In this document: piece by piece, positions 38,341 through 50,495 of the stretch
Position numbering within the stretch: the first letter of the stretch is position 1
How the letters are laid out: each line of letters starts with the position of its first letter
Translations under genes and position numbers: made by a program
Source: Octopus sinensis
Lineage: Eukaryota
NCBI RefSeq assembly: GCF_006345805.1
Contig: NC_042998.1
Location: 155,062,001 to 155,126,000, forward strand
DNA: 64,000 nt
Reading direction: 5' to 3'
The notes under the pieces: generated by a model
What the model was told of the DNA's origin: nothing
Seen by the model: the letters and a program-made list of their open reading frames with translations, nothing else
Databases searched by the model: none

Positions 38341-39004
38341 GTGCAGTATAGCCCGGCTTTGCTCGGGATTAAGTTATGATTATTAAGCTAATCAAGCTCT
38401 TTATTTCAAAGCAAACTAAGTAACATTGACATCAAATTTGAGTGAAATCCATTGAAATTGGTAAACTTTTGGCTGAAATTTTGCAGACAAATTGATTGGG
38501 AAATCTCATAAGGAATCAGTTTATTGATTTTTTCCACTCGTCGATTTTTTTTTCTTTCGTTTTTGGAGAACTTAAAGCATTCAAAGATCCCATGAGTCCT
38601 AAGTAATACTGGCATCAAGTTTGAACAAAATACATCAAAATTGGTAGACGTTATGATTGAAATGAGTCAGATCTCTCCTTTCGAAAACATGGACAGTTTC
38701 GAAACATTGTTTACAAAATGCAAATTTGTAAACACAGAGACATAAGTTTTGTAAGTGGAATAGAGAGACCTACCTTCTCCCACAGAGATGTGAGAGCCAA
38801 ATCTCTCCTTCAAAAACATGAACAGTTTCGAAACATTGTTTACAAAATAATAGCTGATCATTTGCGAAGGAGCGTGTCTAGAGTCAACACGTAGGTCTTT
38901 TGCTCTGGTAACCACAACCAGCTATATATCGCTATGAGTAGAGCAACGGATTCAGCTAATTTGGAAATTAGCTGTGGAGAAATGGAGATTATCGTTTATA
39001 TTGA

Positions 39005-39044
<40 letters not shown>

Positions 39045-39419
39045 GCAATGCATGTGTTTCACACATACATAACAACACCTGTCTGTCTGTTTTTGCCTGT
39101 CAATCACTCAGTAAAAAGACGAAATTTTAAAAATCTATTATATCTCTCTCTCTCTCTCCCTCCCTCTCTTTACACCATCGCTAGAAGGGGACTTAACTCA
39201 TGTTTGTAAACAATGATGGTGTCACTACAGTGGATTTCTCCGCTATGAAAATTCACTATTCACGGGTGCCTTGGGGGAAAATGATTTGACGAAAATACAG
39301 CTAGGATCATGATGAATGTCCTCCTAAAATTTGAGCGATATGCATGCTAATTTGTGGATGTGCATAAACTACATTCACGTACAAACACACACACACATCC
39401 TGCCTTATATATATACAAA
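38341..39419 (-). mobile_element. Non-autonomous Helitron-like element, copy 1
   Basis: Left end has hairpin CCCG-GCTTTGCT-CGGG (38352-67). Right end reads T(T)TGTATATATATAAGG plus (TG)n on the minus strand. Internal duplication of about 130 bp (38664/38794); helicase motif HNQLYIAMSR on the plus strand at 38913. Confidence 0.7.
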
Positions 39420-40247
39420 TGTTTGTGCTCATGGTTAAATTGTATTTGTGTGGTGTACATGTTTTTCATTTTAGTATGCAAGTGTCTGTGGTTTACACTA
39501 TTTATACTATATATGAGGAGTATTGAGAAGTTCCTGCCTTTGGGTAAAAGAAAATACAGGAGGATCAGTTAATTATGATTTTATTCAACATATTCCCCTC
39601 TCACATTCACACACTTATTGCAATGTTTCTTCAGTTTTTCTAAGCCCTGTAAAAAAAACAGAAGGCATTTCACAATATCCTTAAAGCCAGGAACTTTTCA
39701 GCACACCCTTGTGTGTATGTATGAAAGTATGCATGCATGCATATGTAAGCTCCACAGGTTGTTATTGAGGAGGGAAAGACATTCAAGATGATACAGAGGA
39801 TCTTTCATGAAAGCTCATCTACTGTGAGTTGTTGAAAGAGAGTGTGATAGGTCAGTGGCTGGCAGAGTCAGAGAGGCTACCATTTTAGGGGATGAGATAA
39901 GTAGATACATGGAGAGAGAGAGAGGGGAGAGTTTGAAGTGACCTGCTTGGGAGCATACTGCCTGAGACTCATAAAATGAACATTATCAGAATAGTTTGTT
40001 TTGTGAGTTCGAAAAGACTGCAGAAATTATTGCATTTGTGGAGTGTGCACAGGTAGTGAGAGACAGGTTTGAGTGGAAAAGATCAGGAGATATTCTAGGC
40101 TGAATTTAATATGATTTGAATCTAATTTAGATATAGCAAACTCAATGGCATTTGGTCTAACTGTTTTCAGATTGAAACTTTATTGAAATTTATCAATGAT
40201 AACAATAGATTGTCTTAATGAAAAATAATCCTTAGATTAATACTTAC

Positions 40248-40303
40248 CTTTGAAGGAACGCTGGAAAGTGACGTGGCTCGACGCGGCAGCGTTGAAGAAT
40301 CTC
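40248..40303 (-). CDS. Candidate host exon (56 nt, all three frames open); product unknown
   Basis: TTATAG acceptor and AAG|GTAAGT consensus donor; CpG-rich island in very AT-rich unique flanks. Confidence 0.5.
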
Positions 40304-41339
40304 CTATAATTTTTTACAAATTGAAATAGATCATTTCACAAATAGAATTTCAATGTTAGAACACTGATTAACATATACACACAACAAAAACATTAAATTC
40401 AGCTAATAATTTATTTAAAATTTTGTCATAATTTATATAATTTCTAAATGCATAAAATTAATAATTTTGTTCTTTCAGATAAAATAGCAAAGAAATATAT
40501 TAATCAGGTATATATCATTATCAATTATATGTATATAATTAAGAAAATAAGGATGCATGTTATTTCAGTAATACTATGCATCATCATCAATAATATTAAT
40601 ATGCTAATATGTACATATGTACATACCTGTGGTGTATGTCACACTGAGTTGAAAGGAAGAGGTAAAACAAAAAAAAATAAAACTTGTTAAGCAGAGGCAC
40701 TATAGTTGAAGTGAGAGGCAAAGTGGCAAAGAGGGGGGAGTTGGAGAGAGTGAGAGAGATGGGGAGATTGATAGTGCTGAGAGGTGAGAGAAATATAACT
40801 ACATTAAATGTAGGAGGATGGTTAGAGACAAGGCAACATGGAGGAAGGAGATAGGTGGGAGGAGGAAGAGAGATTGAGTGAAGGAAGGGAGTGGATAGAG
40901 AATAATGGTGAAAGAGAATGAAACCATTCTCATAGAGAAAATGCTGGAAGACTTTTTGTTTTGTACGATATATGACAAAGCCTTTAAATATATGGAAATT
41001 GTAAAACAATGTATGTATGTATGTATGTATGTATGTATGTATGTATGCATGCATGCATGCATGTGTTTATGCATGTATGATGTATGTATGTACGTATGTA
41101 TGTATCTATCTATCTGTCTGTCTGCCTATTTCTCTTTCACACTCTTTCTCTCTCTCTGTTACTGCTACTTTCTACAGTTGAAGGGAGAGGTAGAAAGAAA
41201 AAGAGAAATAAAAAGTATTAAGTAGAGGCAGTATAGTTGAAGTGAGTGGCAGAGCAAGAGAGAAGAGAGACAGAGAGGGAGTGAGTGGTGACTGAAAGGA
41301 AGGTGATATTCATTCTGTGTTTTTACATGTTTATCAGTA

Positions 41340-41660
41340 TTTTCAGAGTAGACAGATACATAACCACAGCAAATATTGGATGTTACTTTTACTTTCCTAC
41401 AATATAATTGATTACTGTAGTTTATATACTGGATCTTAAGTCAATATTGGATATCACTTTTACTTTTCTATAATATTGGATGTTAATTTTAAATGTGCTA
41501 TAATTGGATGTTAATTTTAAAGGTGTTTACATTTTATGTATTTTGTAGAATTTTCCAGGGTCCTGCTTATGCATAATTATTTGATAGCTATTAAATGAAG
41601 CCACTATTTACAGATGCTTACACTTTTTGTTTTCCATGAAGTTTTCCCGGGTCCAGCTAG
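41340..41660 (+). mobile_element. Possible Helitron 3' remnant with short minisatellite
   Basis: Four ATTGGAT(G/A)T-led units, then CCCGGGTCCAGCTAG|T resembling a half hairpin plus CTAG terminus. Confidence 0.35.
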
Positions 41661-41722
41661 TATATGTATAATTTTAGAAGTGTATACATGTGCATGTGTA
41701 TATATTTTTGCATATATACATA

Positions 41723-42973
41723 CAAGGTGGTATCAAAAAGTTCCTGGACTAGTTATGCTTAATAAAAAATAACTTATTTACCTAAGTTTTAATATCACCT
41801 TCGGAATAGTCATTTTGCACAGCAATACACCAGTCCCAGTGTTTCTGCTACTTTTGGAATCCAGCATGGAAGTTGTTTTCCATAAGTGACTAGAGGACCT
41901 TCTGCAATTTCCTATGGATCTCAACAACAGTGACCTTTGAGCTGCATTTTCATCTTGGGGAAGAGATGGAAGTCTGCAGGTGCTAAATCTGGTGAATAAG
42001 GCTGGCATGGAAGTGATACCATGTTTTTGGCGAGAAACTCACAAGTGAGGAGAGATCAGTGACAGGGTGCATTGTTGTCATGAAGAATCCAATTCTTTGC
42101 ACTCCACAGATACAGTTGTTTTTGCTGAATGTCCTCCCTCAAACACTTCAAAATATTGACGATCTGGCCCTGGATGATGAATTCTTGATGCACAATACTG
42201 TGGATATCAAAAATTTAAAAAAATGATGAGCATGCTCTTGATTGAGCTGTGGCTCTATCATGTTTTCTTTGGTCATGGAGATGAAGGGCTCTTCTATTGT
42301 GACAACTGCTGCTTCATCTCAGTGTCATACCAGTAGACCCAACTCTTATCACTGGTGATGATATTTGATATGAAGGTTGGGTCATGCTGATAGAGATCTT
42401 CACAAACTTCAACACAATATTCTTTTTGCTCAGTGGTCAGAGACACACCGCATGTTCAATTCAGAAGTTAGGATTGCCTGCATGGACCCGTACAATAGAC
42501 CAACAACATCAGCAATGTCATTGAGTGTCTTCTGACAATCCTCATGCACAACCTGATGAATTTTCATCACATTTCTGAAGGTGACGCTTATGGCAGTTCT
42601 TCCAGATTGCTCGTCGTCTTCCAGGGACTTCTGGTTTTGAAACACCTGTGTCACTTGAAACATTGTGTACAATCCATTGCCTCATCACCATAAGCTTGCT
42701 GAAGCATTCTCAATGTTTCTGTAGCAAACTTCCCAAGTTCAACACAAAATTTCATATTTGGCTCTTTGTTCCATCTTACTGTCCATGTGAAAATCACAGA
42801 CTACAGCATACACATGATCATAAAAATACTTCACAACTTGTGAAGTAAACACAACAATGTCACTTGCCACACTGCCTCATGACGGTCACTGCTAGCTCTC
42901 ACTGCATGCAACCATGTGCTGACATCTGTTGGTGTGCTACAGAACTAGCCCAGGAATTTTTGATACCACCTTG
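41723..42973 (-). mobile_element. mariner element, full length but decayed
   Basis: TA TSDs; TIRs CAAGGTGGTATCAAAAAGTTCCTGGACTAG / CTAGCCCAGGAATTTTTGATACCACCTTG; peptide SLEDDEQSGR..HEDCQKTLNDIADVVGL. Confidence 0.9.
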
Positions 42974-43040
42974 TACATACATACATACATACATACATAC
43001 ATACATACATACATACATACATACATGCATACATACACAT

Positions 43041-43091
<51 letters not shown>

Positions 43092-43255
43092 CATACTTAC
43101 ATGTAAGTTTACCTACATAGCAATGTTTGTTTTTATGTCAAGATATATATAAAAACAATAGAATATTAAATTAAGAGATTATTCAATACTTTGTATAGTA
43201 TTCATATTTATTAATTTTTACAAAGAAAAGGCTGACAGTGACTTCAAAGTTTTGA

Positions 43256-43337
<82 letters not shown>

Positions 43338-43346
43338 AATAAAATA

Positions 43347-43705
43347 AAGACTATTAGCCAACATAATGTGGCAGTCCTGGATGAAACGAATGTTACTGTT
43401 GTTTAGCCCCAGGAAACATCGTTTCCAGCTGGCTATATGACACAATATCTGTGTCCTTATATTTTCGAACACAAACCAGAAACTGGTCCATAGAGGTTGC
43501 TTTGTGCTGGATGGGGTGCTGAACTCCTCTGTTCAAAAATATAAGGACACAGATATTGTGTCATATAGCCAGCTGGAAATGATGTTTCCTGGGGCTAAAC
43601 AACAGTAACATTCGTCTCATTCAGCACTGCTATGTTATGTTGGTAAATAGGCTTTACTTTAAAGCACTGTTACTGAATATCTCTCTTTGAGAGATTTAGA
43701 AATAA
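43347..43705. repeat. Hairpin (inverted-repeat) unit, copy 1
   Basis: Arms 43347-43470 and 43535-43659 are near-perfect reverse complements; homologous to 46000-46310. Confidence 0.85.
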
Positions 43706-43712
43706 TAATGTT

Positions 43713-43782
<70 letters not shown>

Positions 43783-43789
43783 ACCCAGA

Positions 43790-44840
43790 AGAGATCCCAG
43801 GATGCATCAACCACAGATTCATAATCACAGCACTCAAATTCATCCTACTGAACAACTATTTCATGTTCGATAGTTTACTATCGACAAAAATGTGTAATTG
43901 CAAAGGGAACCCGAGCTGCTCCAGTGATTGCGAACCTTGTAATAGGTTACCTAGAGCTTAAAATATATCAATCATCACTACAAAAATATGGCACCTCATT
44001 TCATTGCTATTTAAAGGTGAACTGGAAGAGCTATTTGGACGATTGCTTTATACTTTGGAAAGACACCATGGCCAAACGCCTCGATTTCAAAATAATGCTT
44101 AACAATATTAATAGCAACGTACAATTCACCATGGAGCACAGCAGTAAACACCTCCCTTTTCTTGACATCCTAATTAAAATAGTCAATAACCACATCGAAA
44201 CAGGCATCTTCTATAAACCCACAGATTCTAAACAATACCTATTATTCAACTCATGCCACCCCAAACACATAAAAAAATTAATATACCTTATAATCTAGTG
44301 AAAAGAATGAACAAAGACTCCTTGAACTCAGATCAATACTAATCAAAAGACATTACCCAATATCATTAATAAATGATGGCATTAAATGAGCTATGAAAAT
44401 AGATATACAAACATTAAGGGAAATTAACTGAAATACTAAACCAGACTTAAAAATACTCCCATACATCTCCACACATAATCCTAGAAACAACGAAGCCTTT
44501 AGCATTATTATCCAAAATCTTCCCATCCTCACAGGAGATAAAACAATGAACAAAATTTTAGGCTCACACAAAATTATCAAAAGCAAAATGCAACCCAAAT
44601 CATTGAAAAAAATATTAACCAGTGCAAGACTATATCCATTAACAACAGAACCATGCCCCCACCTTTTGGAGGGTTCAGAGTTCCACTTTAAACAAAGTGA
44701 AATATTCAAGATTAAATCAAATTTCACCTGTGCCTCGGAAAATCTAGTCTATGCCAAACAGGAATATCACTCCATTGAAGAACCACTCTCCACAAAGAAC
44801 AAATCCGCCACCCACAATACAGATACAGGTCAGTGAACAC
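43790..44840 (+). mobile_element. Penelope-like element remnant (RT and start of GIY-YIG linker)
   Basis: GTRAAPVIANLVIGYLE, YLDDCFILW, LPFLDI, YKPTDSKQYLLFNSCHP, FKIKSNFTCASENLVY. Confidence 0.88.
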
Positions 44841-45249
44841 AGAAAGGTGTGCTAGGAATCATAATCCTAATTTCCTAATTTTCCCCTTCTATCAATGTTC
44901 ACAGAACACCTCAGTACAATAAAGAATGAATAAAGAGGCAACTTTCATCAATAAATATCTTCCACAACTCAATATGAACACAGAACACCTTCAGTCATTG
45001 CTTTCCCTCACTTTCTGCCATACTTCATCTTATAGCACTTCTTATATCTACTATAATTCTCAATACCCTCTCATCTCTGCTATCATGCCCCACTTACTGC
45101 AGCTACTATCCCCCCTTATGTACTTTTACATGTCCCTCCCACTACTTTTCACATCATCCTGTTACTTTCTAATCTATTCTCCTTTGATGTTTCTTGGGAT
45201 GAGTAGCGTTTGTGTTTTCTTGCTGCTCAAAGAAACAAGATTGATGCAT

Positions 45250-45740
45250 CTACATTTTAGGATTCTTTTGAGGTCTTTGGTCTTGAAGTTTGTCTTGTTG
45301 TGATGGTGTTTAGGTTGTGAATAGATGATGAATGGTTGGAGAATGTTAGGGAGGGTAATATTATCTGCATAAGAGAAGTGTTATTGAATGTGATGTCATG
45401 TAAGTCATTGATGTATAGAAGGAAAAGAGTGGGCAACAAAACCAAACCCTGGGGTAAACCAACGAGGAACAGAAAGAGCTCTGTCAACCCACATGGCAAT
45501 AGTGTAATCTGAAAGGATGAAGTCCATAGGTTGAAATTTCAATAGAATATTAACATGTCAGATATGGTCAAAAGTTTTACTGATACCATGAGTAACAACA
45601 GGATTTTCACCTTATTCCACTCAAGGTCAAAAACCTCCTGGTGCTAACAGAACAAGAGTAAGTCACCAGTGGATCAGGCTTTACAGAAACTGTCCTGGTA
45701 GTCATTAAGAGGAGAGAAATTCAAGGTGTTGTTAATGGCC
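45250..45740 (-). mobile_element. CR1/jockey-like LINE RT remnant
   Basis: VGLPQGLVLLPTLFLLYINDL motif. Confidence 0.7.
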
Positions 45741-45999
45741 ATCTCCATTACCTTATATACTCATTCATATATATATAAAAAGATACATACAGTTTAATTG
45801 CCATCAGATATACTGCCCATTTCACAATATTTATAAAGGCATTGATTTTTAGTGTTTTGCCATTTTTAAGATTTTATCATTAAGGCCAAAAAGAAAATTT
45901 CACTGTTTAGAGGACATAATTTTTATGTGGGTGGTGACCAATTATCTGTCCACTGTCTGATCTACAATCATAAAATATAAAATATAAAAAAATACTTTT

Positions 46000-46310
46000 A
46001 AGTGATGGTTTGTTGCCAACTTAATGTGGCAGTCCCAGGAAAAGGAAGAATGCTACAGCTATTTAGCCCCAGGAGATATCGTTTCCAGTTGACTATGTAA
46101 CACAAGCGTTCTGTGTCCTTAAGTTTTCAGAGGAGATAAGCACCTCCACTCAGCAAAGCTAGCATCTAGAGACTAGTTTCAGAGTCATTGCTGGGGTTAA
46201 ATAGCAGCAGCATTCTCCCCTTTCCAAGGACTGCCACATTAAGTTGGCAACAAACCATCACTTTATCATGCTGTTACTGTATAAGTCTCTCTGAGAGATT
46301 TAGAAATGCA
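46000..46310. repeat. Hairpin (inverted-repeat) unit, copy 2
   Basis: AAGTGATGGTTTGTTGCCAACTTAATGTGGCAGTCC ... GGACTGCCACATTAAGTTGGCAACAAACCATCACTT; same right-hand tail GAGAGATTTAGAAAT as copy 1. Confidence 0.85.
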
Positions 46311-46379
46311 AATTTCTAATTTTGTAGATCAGTGAATTTATTTCACTTGAAATTCTATAAGTTTTGAAAGGTGAATAAG

Positions 46380-47130
46380 CATCGACAGCTAGCAAAGCCA
46401 AGCTTTTTTGCCTCTTTCTGGATTATTTTTTGCTCTTCAATTCTATGTTGTTTGTTGCTGTTACTGAGTGGGTTCGTTTTTTGTCCGTGGTTATTGTTAA
46501 TTGTGAACTATGGTTTTTTGTAATTTTCACCCTATGGGGCTGAAAATTTATGTGTATTCAACTTTCATTATGGCTTTAAATTTGTCGTCCGACTTTCCCG
46601 TGGTGGGAGAAGTTTACTCAAATGAAAAAGGAAAACCAAGTTTCTCACAGGCTGTGAATGGAAATACAATTGAATTCAATACGACGAGAGCTCTGCTACT
46701 GTCTTTCTGGCCTGACTTCCTTGAAGTGTGGACGGCATTTTCTTTGCTCCTTCGCCGTCCTCAAAAATAGCGTTCGTAATACTTTTTTGCATTCGGCTTA
46801 ACAGCTCTTCTTGTCTTGTTATTCTCCTTGTCCTGTCTTTTACTGTTTATATTTTGTACTGTCGTTATTGCCCTTTTTTATTGTTACCATTTTTACCCCT
46901 CTGCAAAAAGATCTCAAATTTTATTTGATTTGCTTTTCGCAGGAAGGAAAGTTTCTATTGAAGATGCGTATCGCCTTCACTTTCGAAATGCAGAGTAGAT
47001 GAAACCATGGCGACTGAAGAAGGGGAATTTTCCTTGTGTTATTTGTCCTGTACTCTATTTTTTTGTTGTTTAAGAAAAATGTCCAGTTCCTTGGTTTTGT
47101 GTTTATGTTTTCGTTTCTCATTGTTTTCGA
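46380..47130. promoter_or_regulatory. CpG-retaining unique island, possible promoter or 5' UTR
   Basis: About 20 CpG in about 660 bp by eye, against near-zero in the 48.3-49 kb flank; no transposon motif recognised. Confidence 0.3.
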
Positions 47131-47404
47131 CGTTTTTTTGGTGTCCTGTACCCATATATGCATGTATATATACATGTAGAGGTAGGTACGTACATATATG
47201 TATATATATATGCATATGTTTTATTTATTAATATATTATATGACAGAACGCACGCATCCCTTTCTAAGTAAGATTGTTCTTGATATATATATATATATAT
47301 GGGCAACACACACACACACAAATATATACGTATGTACACCTATTGCATACATGTTTTTTATATTCCCTTGCCTGTGCCCCTGTCCCACCACCACCCTGAG
47401 TAAT

Positions 47405-47720
47405 ACCATCAATTGAAGCAAATTTGGCACCCAGACGTAAGTTTTGTAAGAGGAACAGAGGGGCCTACCTTCTCCCGCAGAGATGTGAGAGTCAGATCTC
47501 TCCTTTCAAAAACATGAACAGTTTCGAAACATTGTTTACAAAATAATAGCTGATCGTTTGTGAAGGAGCATGTCTAGAGTCAACACTTAAGATTTTTGCT
47601 CTGATAACTTCTGCTCTCTCCCATGTTCACGCACGACCAGCTATATGTCGCTATGAGTAGAGCAATGGATTCAGCTAATTTGGAAATTAGTTGTGGAGAA
47701 ATGGAGAATATCATTTATAT

Positions 47721-47756
<36 letters not shown>

Positions 47757-48186
47757 CGGGCAACACACACACACACATTACATACATGTTCATGTGTGTG
47801 ACTGAAGCCATTCACACATACATACATACATAACAACCCATGTATGTCTATTTTTGCCTGTCAATCACTCACTAACATAATGAAATCTTAAAAATCTGTT
47901 ATCTCTCTCTCACTCCCTCTCTTTACACCGTTGCTAGAAGGGGACTTAATTCATATTTGCAAATGATCATGTATTTCTCCAACTTGAAAATTGTTACAAG
48001 TTATGGTTCAAAATTATTTTTACCGCTATTTGCTGGTGCCTCGGGGGAAAATAATTTGATGAAAATACAGCTAGGGTCGTGACAAATGCCCTCTTAAATT
48101 TGAGTGACATGTGTGCTAATTTGTGGATGTGCATAAACTACATTCACGTGCACACACACACACATCCTACCTTTTATATATACAGA
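47405..48186 (-). mobile_element. Non-autonomous Helitron-like element, copy 2 (left end unclear)
   Basis: Colinear with 38720-39419. Minus-strand start A|TCTGTATATATAAAAGG. Plus-strand peptide MFTHDQLYVAMSRAMDSANLEISCGEMENIIY is the Pif1/RepHel helicase C-terminal motif. Confidence 0.75.
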
Positions 48187-48299
48187 TGTATAAAGATGTG
48201 TGTATGTGTGAGTGTGTACACAGAAATGTTAATATATCCACCGTGAATGACTGTATACATATGAACAAAACTAGATGACTTTGGGATGTAGTCTAGAGT

Positions 48300-49950
48300 G
48301 TCCATACAAGTAGCTGCAGTACAATTATAGTAATTTTTATTTAAATTTTGCCTATGGTTATCAGAATTGAAAATTTTGGGGCTCTAAAGAAGAGTCCTAG
48401 TCTTTGTGAAGCTATTTTAGCAATGTTAAATATGTAGGAACATCATAATACATCATCAGAGATGACCTAATATTTGTAATGACTTTAAGGGTTTTAGTTA
48501 TATGTTGTTCATGATTAGTGAGGGTGAAGTACAAGACAGTTTCCTTGATAAGTGTAGTGATTTAGTTTTCCACTGTTAAAGGAGACTAAGTTCTTAGAGG
48601 TATCAAAAGACTGGTATGAGGTTGTAGCAAAAAATCATCACTGCTTAACCAGACCTATAAGCAAAGGTGTTACAGTTATGACTATCTCATTTTTTGCATA
48701 TCTACAACTACATTGGTCAATGTCTCCTTACTTTTTCAAGATGGTAGGGTGTAATTTGAGAGAATTTGCATAGAGCCTCTTCCAATGTTGTTTAGGTTGA
48801 GTGTGGACAAATCCTGCGCAAAGAAGAGTGATTAGGTGTCTGAGTTATTAGAAATGACAAAAGTTAGTGTGGAAGACATTACTGAGCATTGGTGTTTACC
48901 AGAGTTGGGTATGGGTTGGCTGGTGAGCAAGGAAATTCTCATACCAAACATGGATGATGGTTTCACTGATATTGTGAGATAAGAGAGCATGTTTCTAGTT
49001 GATTGGCTATTACATTGCCATCCTGCTGGTCACTGAGAAGGTGGGAAACAGATTGAAGATTATGAAAGGGGTAATTATTAATAAATGTTTCCATAAACAC
49101 TGACATGTTAGAAGATTGGAATTTGGCAGGATCAAAGATGTTAAACGTTTTAGAGGGATGGAATATACACTGTAGTAGGTTTCCAAAAATGGAAAAAGAG
49201 GCTTGAAAAGTTTGGTGAGGATAACAATTTGCAGTTAAGCTTTAAAGTACATTATTTGAAGTTGATGAGAGGTATGCTGATTACCTGTATGTCTTGTCAG
49301 AATGGATGACCTGGTGAGTTTTTGTCTGTGATGACTATGGTGGTGAGATTGAGGGTATGGGAAATTTTTGTTCTCTGTATGTAGTGTAGAGTTGGAGGTG
49401 AAGGCAGACGCATATGTGGAGGTTTTTTAAGTGAGAGTGCTGCTAAAAGATGAGAAAATATGATGAACTTGTGAAAGATTTGACAAAAGAGGGGTACAGT
49501 TCAGGCAGTGGAAGATGATATACAAGGGTTTGTTGCATCTCCATGTACCAATGACCAGGTCAGAATCAAAATTCACAAAAGAGTAGCAACAATGAACACC
49601 TGTCAGAGACAGCTGAGAAAAGCTCAATGTGGCTATGGTAAAAGAGAAACAAGATCTGCAATTAAAAATAAATACTGCAAACTGCTACACAGTGAATAGG
49701 AGGAGGGAAACCCAGATTGAAATAGATCCACAGTGCAAGTTAATTCAGTGGTCTTTGTGGTCAATTGATATAGACAAACATAGGGTAGAATCCAAAACAT
49801 CCAGTATTGTAAGGAACTAGAGCAGTTTTAGATAAAATGAAATGAAAATTTTTCAGCAGATTTTATTTCTGATTGTACTGCATAGCCTTCTAGTTACTTT
49901 CTCACCTCTCAAATTGCAACATAACCTTCTACTTTCTTATCAAAAGTGCA
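48300..49950 (-). mobile_element. Highly decayed LINE (CR1/L2-like)
   Basis: Only weak residual similarity to endonuclease and RT spacing; no clean motif. Confidence 0.3.
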
Positions 49951-50495
49951 CCAACCTCTCATATATTACTCTGGGTCTCTACAGTTCAACCATCAAGACT
50001 TTTGTCGGCTCTATAGTAAAAGACAGGTACTCATAGTGCTGCACAGTGGGACTGAACCCAAGATCACTTTATTTGGAAGCAAGCTTCTGAACTACATAGC
50101 CACTCCAGCAGTATATATGTATACATATATTATAAAGATACATACATTTTTAAATGGCGGTGCCCCAGCATGGCCACAGCTCATTAGCTGAAACTGGAAA
50201 AACCGAAAAACCAAACCATACACATATGCATGTGTGTGTGTGTGTGCATGTAAAATAGATGTAAATGAGTGGTGCATCATACAAGTGGTGTCCTTTTCTA
50301 ATCTTCCATGTACACCATGGGGAAATATAACCATACTCAGAAACAGGTGAAGATTGGCAACAATTAGGTGCAACTGGCTGTAGAAAATTTGCTTTAATAA
50401 ATTCTATCTGACTTATGCAAGCATAGAAAATTAGATGTAAAAAGAATGATGATGGTTTATTCTTGGGTATTTTCACAGAATTCAATGAAAGGATA

